Of a stretch of 46,682 nt of DNA, positions 39,021-46,682 are shown piece after piece. Within the stretch, counting starts at the first letter, position 1. The number at the start of each line of letters is the position of its first letter. Origin of the DNA: Bacteroidales bacterium (GTDB taxonomy: Bacteria; Bacteroidota; Bacteroidia; Bacteroidales; Bacteroidaceae); the NCBI GenBank assembly GCA_030523385.1, contig JAUNIV010000001.1, forward strand, positions 1 through 46,682, in the 5' to 3' direction. Under the pieces are notes generated by a model. That model had not been told where the DNA came from. It made no database searches and saw nothing but the letters and a program-made list of their open reading frames with translations. The position numbers were made by a program, and so were the translations under genes.

Positions 39021-39230
39021 TTATTCATACTTGCTTATAATTCCTCGCTCGCAAATTTGCCTTTTCACTTTATTTGTCACACAAATGCGTAACATGGCAT
39101 CATTCTTTCTGTCCATATAAACATAATGTCTCCGATTGTAGTAAAAATGCCATCCCACAGAAGGCAGATGTTCAACATTTCCACATTTCTTCTTGATTTC
39201 ATTCACGATTTCTTCTTGTTTCATACGCAT
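39021..39230 (-). pseudogene. Short hypothetical ORF, possibly truncated by the ICE end
   Basis: 69 aa; its 3' end crosses the candidate attachment palindrome at 39072-39086. Confidence 0.35.
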
Positions 39231-39655
39231 AAATGTTTTGTTTCAATATTTTATGAGTATGAAATAAGTTTTGTAACCTTTTCTATCACCAAATAAATGC
39301 GTTCGCACCAATATATTTGTAAACATGCCTCTTCAAAATCATTGAAAAAGAAGACCATTCAAACTATCTCATATATTTAAGGAAGTATTCCCTAAAACGA
39401 TAAAAAACATAAGACACGGCAAGTAATAAAATTGCATGAAGAAATACAAAAGCTACAGTTGTTCCCGTCACAATCCCATTTCCCGCTGTTTTGGTGCAAT
39501 AAAAAAAGACATATGTACAGGCATGGCATCAGGCTTGTACACATAGAAGAAAACAACAGACAATTGGAGCTGTTTCTATAAATATCTTATCCCGAACCCG
39601 CGTATTTATGCAATCAACATCTAAGAAGTAACCACTATAAAAACATTTTTTCAAA

Positions 39656-42600
39656 TCAATCCAACATTATAAATGCCGCCCAAAGGAATGGGTCTGGATA
39701 TTTACTGCGGACTATGGACTTTGTTTGTTCAAAAGCCTTGTGCTTGTCCCAGTCGCACTCTTTAGATGAAAGTTGCTCATAGAATGTCACCATGAAGTCG
39801 GTCGTCACTTTATCGCTGACACTCCATAATGCCATGACAATAGTGCCTACACCTGCTTTCTTGAAAGCACGCTGCAAGCCATATAAGCCTTCAGAGGTTG
39901 CCTTACCCTGACCAGATTGACAAGCTGAAAGAACCACCAAATCCGTAGTACTCAAATCCAAACGTGCGATGTTATTGGCCGTAAGGATTCCGCCAAGCAC
40001 ACCTTCAGGCAGAGGTTTACCCAGCCATGCCGTATTGCCGCCACTTAGTACAAGACCGGAAAGCAACATGGCATCGGTATATCCTCTCAAATAGTCCACG
40101 TCATTTGCACGGTCTGGCGTATAATAGAATCCATGCGTGGCAATCTGCAATATCTTCGGAGAATTGCCGTGCATGCTCAGGAAAGACTCTTCCGTACCCT
40201 CCATGTCCATACGTGGAGTGACCTGCCATTGTTTTGCCTTCAAAATGCCTTCAATCTTAATGATTTCCTCTTTTGAGCCAGGTAGTTCATGGAAGACTGA
40301 ATCGCCTCGTACCATGTCTCCACGCATCACCATCAGGTCTGATAAATCATATTTCTTCGCCTCACACACCATCGTTGTAGGTTGCAGGTCATATTTTAAA
40401 CCACCATATAATACTGCCGTTTGAGGCTTGGCAGCTAATGCCTCACTACGTTTCTTTAAAAGTTCGCGTGCCGAAGACAATCTCACAAAGTTGTAATGAT
40501 CGCCTAACAAAGAGCCATCTGAGAGCGGTAATGATTCCAGTGATACTTGGAACAACAGTTGTGACGGCACATAATAAATGGTTGACCCTTCCGCAACATG
40601 TTCTTTCAACGGGTCCCATAACAATTTCAGTATCTCTGGTGCATAATCTTCATCGTAATACATATCTGGACGAACTATACCCAATGAGTCTATCTGGTTT
40701 TCTGCAAAAAGTGTCTTAAGCAATGGATATTCATCCGTCTTGTTTATTATATAGGCGGCATACCTGCGTCCCTTTGTCTTGGAAACAAAGTCCGTAAAGT
40801 CTATCAGTACTTCATTTGGTTTCATTGCCTGCTTGATGGCATTGTAGTCAACATCCATAAATCCAGTGATACTGCCAAAACTGCGACAACGCTCAGACAG
40901 GCGTGTAGCGATGCGGTCTGCCCGTTGCGACATGCTCAATATGCTGTCTGCATGATGCTGGTAATCCTTTTCCCATTCCTTTATTTGGTTCTTCATCAAT
41001 GACAGCCGCATATAGTCGCGCATATCCTCTTCAGAGCCCTCCTTCTTTACCACATCTACCAATGACCGTTCTGATTCAAGCAGGAAAGCCTTTGACATTA
41101 CAAGTGCGTCATAGCAACTCTGTGTAAACTGTGTCTGGTAGAGTTTTGCCTGCAGTGCATATGGCGTCATATTCATAAAGAACGATGATACAGGGTTCCA
41201 AAAACTTGTCCTTTCTTCAGCGTTCATGTAGGGGACACGTTCCTTTATCAAATTTTTCAACCTCGTTGTTGCCTGCATATAGTTCTTACATCCCTCATCA
41301 ATATGCCCTGCAAATCCATTGGCATTGGCAAGGTAGTTCAAGGAATTGATATATTCCATGCTACTTTCGCCATATATATTACGAATATTCTCCGCATACT
41401 GTTTGTAGTGTTGTTCCATCTCAACATAACGTCCAAGTTGATATTCCATGCCGCCTTTCAACGCCAATAAAGACGTTCTGTCACCATCTAATATGCTATA
41501 TTGTATGCCCAACATTTCGTCTGCCTTTTGATAATCCTTTAATGCGGCTGCATAATTATTGAACGCAGCATGACAACGAGCACGTGTCACATAATAATTA
41601 CAAAGTTCTTTCGTCTCGGTAATCTTTTCCGCTCCTTTGAATAGTGAATCAATACAGGCAAAGCAATTCGTCTTGTCATCTTTTAACCTATAGATATCTG
41701 CCAGCGGCATATATGGCATACTATATCCTGCGGCATCTGCACTATAGTTGGACTGATACTCGACAAGGGCTTTTTCCCCGTATTCCAAAGCGTGGTCATA
41801 ATCTCCGTTTGCTATATACAGACTGCGAAGCTTTGCGTATATAACATATCTGTTTATTTGGTTTGTACCTACATTTACCCTTTCAGCAATACTCTTCCCT
41901 CTCATATACCACTCTTCAGCCAACTTATACAAGCCCGTTTCTTTTGCCTCGTCTCCTTTCTGTAGATAGTAGTCATATCTGGTTTTCTCATCTCCTGCCG
42001 CTTCAACTAACGAATCCATAGATGCTGTGCAAAAACGGACTATTTTCATATCTCCTGTAGAAGTTCCAAATGACCATAATGACTTTAATATGTCCATCTG
42101 GTCTGACACTTTCCCGTTTTTCTTTGCCAATGTCAGAGCCTGTACATATGCCTCTTTACACCCCGTGAAATCATAGAGATAGTTCTTGACTGATGCAATT
42201 GCCTTCAGTACGGATATCTTATATGAATCGATGCCTATTTTACGGAAACCCTCCAATGCCTGCTGATAGCAGTTCAAAGCCTCTTCAAATCTCTGTGAAG
42301 AGAAACAATCAACACCTTCAATATAAAATGACTGATACAGTCGGGGATAGACATATTGAGCCAACTTCTCATCTGCATACGGTTCTATCTCATACAGAAT
42401 ATCTCTTCCCAGTCTATAATCATTTTTCTTTTCCCAATTTGGTTTGATTAGTCCTTTTGCATACAGATATCCATTTGTGACATATAGCTTGGCAATATCC
42501 TTTTTTTCGACATCGTTAATATTTCCTTGTATCAGTTTCTTTGCCAGTAGATATGCATCTTTGTGTCGTTTAAGATTTTCAAGGCATTTGCATGCCATTG

Positions 42601-42823
42601 TCTGACTGCATACATACACTTGTCTCTCCGCTTCTGTCCTCTGTAGTTCTGTGTTCTTTCCCACAACCAGAAAAGCGTCAAGGGCCTCTGCCTGTCTGTT
42701 GGCTTTGTTAAGTTCAAAAGCCAAGTTCATTTTCTCAACTACTTCGGCTTCGGAAAGGGATTGGGCATTCATCTGCATTTGGAAGCACAACAGTGCGATG
42801 CATATCAATAGTTTCTTATTCAT
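39656..42823 (-). CDS. Exported TPR-CHAT protease (clan CD)
   Basis: 1055 aa with a signal peptide, a long TPR-like helical region, an intact CHAT dyad (ILQIATHGF and LVVLSACQSG), and GLQRAFKKAG..ALWSVSD..PFLWAAF. Confidence 0.92.
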   Translation of the reverse strand: MNKKLLICIALLCFQMQMNAQSLSEAEVVEKMNLAFELNKANRQAEALDAFLVVGKNTELQRTEAERQVYVCSQTMACKCLENLKRHKDAYLLAKKLIQGNINDVEKKDIAKLYVTNGYLYAKGLIKPNWEKKNDYRLGRDILYEIEPYADEKLAQYVYPRLYQSFYIEGVDCFSSQRFEEALNCYQQALEGFRKIGIDSYKISVLKAIASVKNYLYDFTGCKEAYVQALTLAKKNGKVSDQMDILKSLWSFGTSTGDMKIVRFCTASMDSLVEAAGDEKTRYDYYLQKGDEAKETGLYKLAEEWYMRGKSIAERVNVGTNQINRYVIYAKLRSLYIANGDYDHALEYGEKALVEYQSNYSADAAGYSMPYMPLADIYRLKDDKTNCFACIDSLFKGAEKITETKELCNYYVTRARCHAAFNNYAAALKDYQKADEMLGIQYSILDGDRTSLLALKGGMEYQLGRYVEMEQHYKQYAENIRNIYGESSMEYINSLNYLANANGFAGHIDEGCKNYMQATTRLKNLIKERVPYMNAEERTSFWNPVSSFFMNMTPYALQAKLYQTQFTQSCYDALVMSKAFLLESERSLVDVVKKEGSEEDMRDYMRLSLMKNQIKEWEKDYQHHADSILSMSQRADRIATRLSERCRSFGSITGFMDVDYNAIKQAMKPNEVLIDFTDFVSKTKGRRYAAYIINKTDEYPLLKTLFAENQIDSLGIVRPDMYYDEDYAPEILKLLWDPLKEHVAEGSTIYYVPSQLLFQVSLESLPLSDGSLLGDHYNFVRLSSARELLKKRSEALAAKPQTAVLYGGLKYDLQPTTMVCEAKKYDLSDLMVMRGDMVRGDSVFHELPGSKEEIIKIEGILKAKQWQVTPRMDMEGTEESFLSMHGNSPKILQIATHGFYYTPDRANDVDYLRGYTDAMLLSGLVLSGGNTAWLGKPLPEGVLGGILTANNIARLDLSTTDLVVLSACQSGQGKATSEGLYGLQRAFKKAGVGTIVMALWSVSDKVTTDFMVTFYEQLSSKECDWDKHKAFEQTKSIVRSKYPDPFLWAAFIMLD

Positions 42824-43412
42824 CAGCGGAGTCCTTTCTGTCTATGTTTGAGTAAATTGTGTCATTCTCAATTGTGTCTGCTGGTGTTGCACCAACTTCG
42901 TCATAGATTTCATCATCACCACGAACATTATCCTTGGGTCTTCCCGTAAAGCTTGGAAAAGAGTTGTTGTTACCCCCATCAAAGATGCCGTCATTGCCAC
43001 GTATCTGCTCCATTGGATTGCTATTGGAGGCATCATTCACGAACATCGGGTGTATGGCAAAGAAGCCTACTACAAGCACAGCTGCCACACCTGAAATCCA
43101 CAGCCATATTTTCTTTTTTGACCGCCCTGGCCTTTCTGCCTCCATTGGAGCCGAACAATAACATGCTGCATCAGTACCGGTTGAACGCATTGCTTTGGCT
43201 CTCCGTTCCTCTTCATACTGTTGCTGGGACTGGGTCAATGCCTGTAGTTTCTCCTCACGGCTGCGGATGGAGTCTTTCACATTCTGTGTAAACTCCAGTT
43301 GTTCCTTCTTCTCATTATCTTGTTCTACCTCACGCAAGAACATTGTCTTTTCGGAATCATTCATGCGGTTAAGCAGGTAGTTGTCTATTCTGTCTTGAAA
43401 CTTTTCGTCCAT
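42816..43412 (-). CDS. Putative single-TM anti-sigma factor
   Basis: N-terminal anti-sigma-like DRIDNYLLNRMNDSEK..F, TM segment IWLWISGVAAVLVVGFFAI and a short acidic outer tail. Follows the ECF sigma gene. Confidence 0.75.
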   Translation of the reverse strand: MDEKFQDRIDNYLLNRMNDSEKTMFLREVEQDNEKKEQLEFTQNVKDSIRSREEKLQALTQSQQQYEEERRAKAMRSTGTDAACYCSAPMEAERPGRSKKKIWLWISGVAAVLVVGFFAIHPMFVNDASNSNPMEQIRGNDGIFDGGNNNSFPSFTGRPKDNVRGDDEIYDEVGATPADTIENDTIYSNIDRKDSADE

Positions 43413-43424
43413 ATCTGTTGTCTT

Positions 43425-44087
43425 TTATGAATTCAGCTTTCTCATATAGATTTCTCTCGCAGACTTGCGCAAAGCGTTCAAACACTTGTTCTTTTTTGTC
43501 TTTAGAGCATCATAAGACGCTATTGTCGGCATTTCTTCAAGTATAACCTCCAGTTTCTTCTCCTCGTAATAGAATTTGGTAAGTATTTGGCTGCACCGTG
43601 GTGACATGTGGGATATGACATCGGCTATTATTTCGAGCATCATGTTCTCACCCGAATCATATAGCATATCAATGTACTCATTGGGATTGAATCCTTCTTC
43701 TCTTATTAAACGCCCCAATTCTGTCTCAGGATCTGCGTAGACAGGATGTTCCCGTCCATATTCCAGATATTTGTTTCGGGCAATGCTCATAAAGTAGGTG
43801 AGGATGCTGCCGCTTAGGGGCTTGTTGTCTTTCCCCATCACGACACCATCCTCCACATATATCTTTTTTCTTTCGATATTCTCCCAAAACGCTATGAACG
43901 TATTTTGTAGAATCTCTGCTGCCGCCTTCTCGTCTGCAAAGAACACACCCCTGTAGTTATCCCAAAAGTAGTCGGCGCAGTATGCGTATAGCTCATACTG
44001 CGTTAGCCGCCTTTTGTCTGCGATACCCGCTACAAGACGTGCTTCATTCTCTTGTATGGGTGCCCGGAATTGTATTGTTTTTGCCAT
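43425..44087 (-). CDS. ECF-type RNA polymerase sigma factor
   Basis: Region 2 AAEILQNTFIAFW..LTYFMSIARNKY and region 4 MSPRCSQILTKFYYEEK..KTKKNKCLNALRK. Confidence 0.85.
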   Translation of the reverse strand: MAKTIQFRAPIQENEARLVAGIADKRRLTQYELYAYCADYFWDNYRGVFFADEKAAAEILQNTFIAFWENIERKKIYVEDGVVMGKDNKPLSGSILTYFMSIARNKYLEYGREHPVYADPETELGRLIREEGFNPNEYIDMLYDSGENMMLEIIADVISHMSPRCSQILTKFYYEEKKLEVILEEMPTIASYDALKTKKNKCLNALRKSAREIYMRKLNS

Positions 44088-44977
44088 TATCGTATGATGT
44101 CTGTTATGTTATATCTGTTAGTCTCACCGGTAAGGACAGGACGTTGTGGCCTGCTACCGGTATTCTTGTTCATGAACATCCTGAGTTGCCGCATGAAACT
44201 GTTATTGTCCCCATTCGGTATTTCCCGTATCTTTTTGTATAAAGCGTATGTCAATTTTCCAGCGACAGGATTTCTCATCTCTATGTTGACCTGATTGCTT
44301 TCACAGGCACTTAATGTAATCCACCTCTCTGCATTAGGCTTCGCATCAGGATTAGCCACATCATCCTTTTTCTCCTCACCTCTGAAGAATGCCATGACAG
44401 CTTCAAATATGTCTGTTACACCACGAACCACCTCTTCCTCATTTCCGCGTGTGCCGTCTCCGCTATGACAAGCGTCGATTACAACAAGAATCTTGCCACT
44501 GTCACCCACCTTGTTACGGATATTGTTCAGGTATTTGTTTACCTCATCATCCGTGAGATGCTTCTCGCCCCTGTCTTTAGCACATGGGCTACGGTAAGCA
44601 TCGTAAGGAATCCAGCATTCGTCCAAACCATCTGACTCGTCATTATGAACATCTCTCATCTGCTGACCGTGTCCAGAATAATGAACATATACAATATCGC
44701 CTGTCTTGCACGATTTCGCCAACCTATTGAATGCATTGACAATTTTTGCTTTGGTTGCCTGTTCATCTTTCAGCTTAACGATAGACGTAAATCCTGAATT
44801 GTCCAGCATTTCCAGCACATAGGGCATATCCTTGTCCCCGTTAATTTTCGCCCATGCCTTATCCTCTTGCTGCCCTAAACAAATCACAAGTGCCCTTTTT
44901 GTCTGTGCTTGCATAGCCAGAGACAAAAAGAGCACCATTGTCAGTGCTGGTAATATTCTTAACAGATTATTCATCAC
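44087..44977 (-). CDS. Exported caspase-family (peptidase C14, meta/orthocaspase-like) protease
   Basis: Signal peptide, KRALVI, intact dyad VHYSGHG and VIDACHSG, LTDDE, and LSAC..GKLTYAL..QRP. Confidence 0.9.
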   Translation of the reverse strand: MMNNLLRILPALTMVLFLSLAMQAQTKRALVICLGQQEDKAWAKINGDKDMPYVLEMLDNSGFTSIVKLKDEQATKAKIVNAFNRLAKSCKTGDIVYVHYSGHGQQMRDVHNDESDGLDECWIPYDAYRSPCAKDRGEKHLTDDEVNKYLNNIRNKVGDSGKILVVIDACHSGDGTRGNEEEVVRGVTDIFEAVMAFFRGEEKKDDVANPDAKPNAERWITLSACESNQVNIEMRNPVAGKLTYALYKKIREIPNGDNNSFMRQLRMFMNKNTGSRPQRPVLTGETNRYNITDIIR

Positions 44978-44992
44978 ATAATCACCATTTAT

Positions 44993-45268
44993 TTAGTAAT
45001 GTGTCCTATATGCATGTCCGCAGTTACGGCAAGTCTCACCGCGTCCTTCGAACTCTTTACATTTACAACCACTTTGCCCACAGCGTCCAAATCCTTGTGT
45101 GTCACCACGAGCCACTTCCGTTGTATCAGTTCCTAAACTGTCTTCGGCAACAGATTCTTCCATTTGCACTTCCTCTTCCTGTGCCTTGTCTGGTGTCTTA
45201 CTGTTACCACATGCAATAAACATCGAAGCGCAATATGCGATAACAAATGTTCTCTTTATCTTCTTCAT
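44993..45268 (-). CDS. Small lipoprotein with acidic linker and C-terminal Cys/His cluster
   Basis: Lipobox FIAC, and C-x4-C-x-C-x9-C-x2-C-G-H-x4-H at the C-terminus. Confidence 0.8.
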   Translation of the reverse strand: MKKIKRTFVIAYCASMFIACGNSKTPDKAQEEEVQMEESVAEDSLGTDTTEVARGDTQGFGRCGQSGCKCKEFEGRGETCRNCGHAYRTHY

Positions 45269-45275
45269 TGTCTTT

Positions 45276-45300
45276 TACCCTCGTTCGTGTCGGGCACAAC
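45276..45300 (-). repeat. Conserved gene-proximal repeat, copy 1
   Basis: TACCCT-cgtt-CGTGTCGGGCACAAC (+ strand), 22/25 identical to 46053-46077. Confidence 0.8.
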
Positions 45301-45371
45301 TTCTAATAGGCTTGCCCTATTTTATAAACACCAAATCCCCAAGTTCTGCATCGGGAATTTTTTGATTAGAA

Positions 45372-45521
45372 CTAATTAATACTTTTGTTGAATACAAAGC
45401 GACTCACAGTTACAATTATTGCTATAATACTCCAAAGAGCATTTTTGGCATTAAAACCACAGGTTGTACCCTCTCGATTATAGTGAGAGCGTCTATAACG
45501 ATAATCACTGTCATAATCCAT
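45372..45521 (-). CDS. Possible 49-aa small membrane protein or gene remnant
   Basis: MDYDSDYRYRRSHYNREGTTCGFNAKNALWSIIAIIVTVSRFVFNKSIN*, below the ORF track cut-off. Confidence 0.25.
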   Translation of the reverse strand: MDYDSDYRYRRSHYNREGTTCGFNAKNALWSIIAIIVTVSRFVFNKSIN

Positions 45522-45582
45522 CCGATGTTTACAAGATGAGAGAATTAAGACTATTCATTGTGAACCGATTGTAAGTTTACTC

Positions 45583-46044
45583 CTAAAAATCAAAGATTAA
45601 TTTAATAGTGCCAGTGTGGGTATATTCAGCATCGTCATCCGATGAATAACTCACTGCTGTAATATTACCAGAAGAAATATTGGGAACAATCCACTTTAAT
45701 GTGGAATTTCCGAGATCCAAAGTTTTATGCTCGCCATCAGGAAGAGTCAGATAAACTTCTGTTTCACCATTACTGGGCGTATAAGTGATTTGGACCTCGT
45801 CACCAGGAGACACAAAAAGTTCGTTGCTAACTTTTGTAACCGATACACTCTCCTCACCATTAATTGTAATTGACGTGCTTATATTCACTGAAATTCCTCC
45901 AGTTACAGCATTATCATTGTTAGTGAGATTGACAGCTGTAATAATGAGGTCATTGGCTACAATTTCATTTTTATCGCCATCGCCACAACCTGCAAGCAAA
46001 AGGCTAGAGACGACAAATCCAAATAAGATAAATAATTTGTTCAT
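45583..46044 (-). CDS. Beta-rich lipoprotein of unknown function
   Basis: 153 aa with lipobox LLAGC. Confidence 0.75.
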   Translation of the reverse strand: MNKLFILFGFVVSSLLLAGCGDGDKNEIVANDLIITAVNLTNNDNAVTGGISVNISTSITINGEESVSVTKVSNELFVSPGDEVQITYTPSNGETEVYLTLPDGEHKTLDLGNSTLKWIVPNISSGNITAVSYSSDDDAEYTHTGTIKLIFDF

Positions 46045-46052
46045 ACACCAAA

Positions 46053-46077
46053 TACCCTAATCCGTGTCGGGCACAAC
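46053..46077 (-). repeat. Conserved gene-proximal repeat, copy 2
   Basis: TACCCT-aatc-CGTGTCGGGCACAAC (+ strand). Confidence 0.8.
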
Positions 46078-46301
46078 CATTAAAATTAAATATATCTTTT
46101 ATGCACACAGACAACTAAAGGTAACCCTTTCTCCTCGTTTATATTTATATACGGGGCTAAGTCTGAGCAATTTTAATCGTCCAATTGAACACCGATTATG
46201 TATTTCTATCACTTATTCAACATTCCAGTAATAAGACTATCTTTTGGACGTCTGATTTTGTTGTTTACTAAAAACAACCGCCATAGCGGTTGAAATATTT
46301 A

Positions 46302-46682
46302 TTACTCAATAGTTTCTACATCACCATTTTCAACTGTTCCGTTTCCTAGTATGGAATATTTTACGGATAATTTTTTTTCAATATACAAATCCGAATATTT
46401 TCCTGAATGTTTACCGTAAAATTCCACTAAAATGAAATGGTCGCCGGTTGCTAAATCTTCTGGTTTCAATTCATATTCAAGTTCATATGGAAGACTCCTA
46501 ACTCGGCCTATTTCTGTATCATCAAGGCTATATACAATTGTGTAGGTACAATTATCATTTTCACCAAAAATAGGATAAATATTCAATATCCCATCTTCTA
46601 TAACGAAATGAAGGCTTTGAATGTTTGATACAACATTTTCTTCCTTTTCACAACTAGAAAAAGCAAATAGATAAATAATAAT
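46302..46682 (-). CDS. Lipoprotein, 5'-partial (Ig-like?)
   Basis: The frame stays open to the window edge (..IIIYLFAFSSCEKEE.., lipobox FSSC), then YSLDD..SLPYELEY..GDH. Confidence 0.65.
   Translation of the reverse strand: MIIYLFAFSSCEKEENVVSNIQSLHFVIEDGILNIYPIFGENDNCTYTIVYSLDDTEIGRVRSLPYELEYELKPEDLATGDHFILVEFYGKHSGKYSDLYIEKKLSVKYSILGNGTVENGDVETIE

Larger units (their letters stand above)
35..39080. mobile_element. Bacteroidales ICE (partial; left part outside the window, right end approximate)
   Basis: Contains a tra operon, a primase/excisionase module and terminal tandem integrases. No ICE relaxase or coupling protein is visible in the window. Confidence 0.75.

Noticed and set aside
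39656-44087. Type III-E CRISPR (Craspase) locus
   Set aside because: TPR-CHAT and a sigma factor are present, but there is no Cas7-11 or CRISPR array, and the CHAT protein has a signal peptide.
40301-45118. RGD integrin-binding motifs
   Set aside because: The residue after RG varies (D, N, V, Y) while the upstream acidic residue is kept, which fits a protease site better.
1-46682. tRNA, rRNA or IS transposase genes
   Set aside because: None recognised by eye; tRNAscan-SE, Infernal and ISEScan would be needed to exclude them formally.

Overview
This is Bacteroidales (Prevotella-like) accessory DNA. Positions 1 to ~39.08 kb look like one arm of an integrative conjugative element (ICE). The ICE carries a minus-strand tra operon, an AT-rich plus-strand defence island (AbiJ-NTD3-ATPase + HNH, AbiEi/AbiEii, AbiH), a primase/AAA/excisionase module, resistance/stress cargo (MATE, Vat/CatB-like acetyltransferase, AraC-GyrI) and two terminal tyrosine integrases. 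A 9,866-bp mobilizable element (3 tyrosine recombinases, excisionase, MobC/relaxase, Lnu(C)-like nucleotidyltransferase, nucleoside phosphorylase) is inserted inside a TraE/DUF4134-like gene and splits it cleanly. Right of the ICE is a tightly packed operon: Cys/His-rich lipoprotein, exported caspase-family (C14) protease, ECF sigma factor, membrane anti-sigma-like protein and exported TPR-CHAT protease. Its proteins repeatedly carry a [D/E]-x-x-R-G motif resembling an Arg-specific clan CD cleavage site. This is the best candidate for an undescribed system: an envelope protease cascade coupled to an ECF sigma factor. Family calls come from motif recognition by eye; no database search was run.
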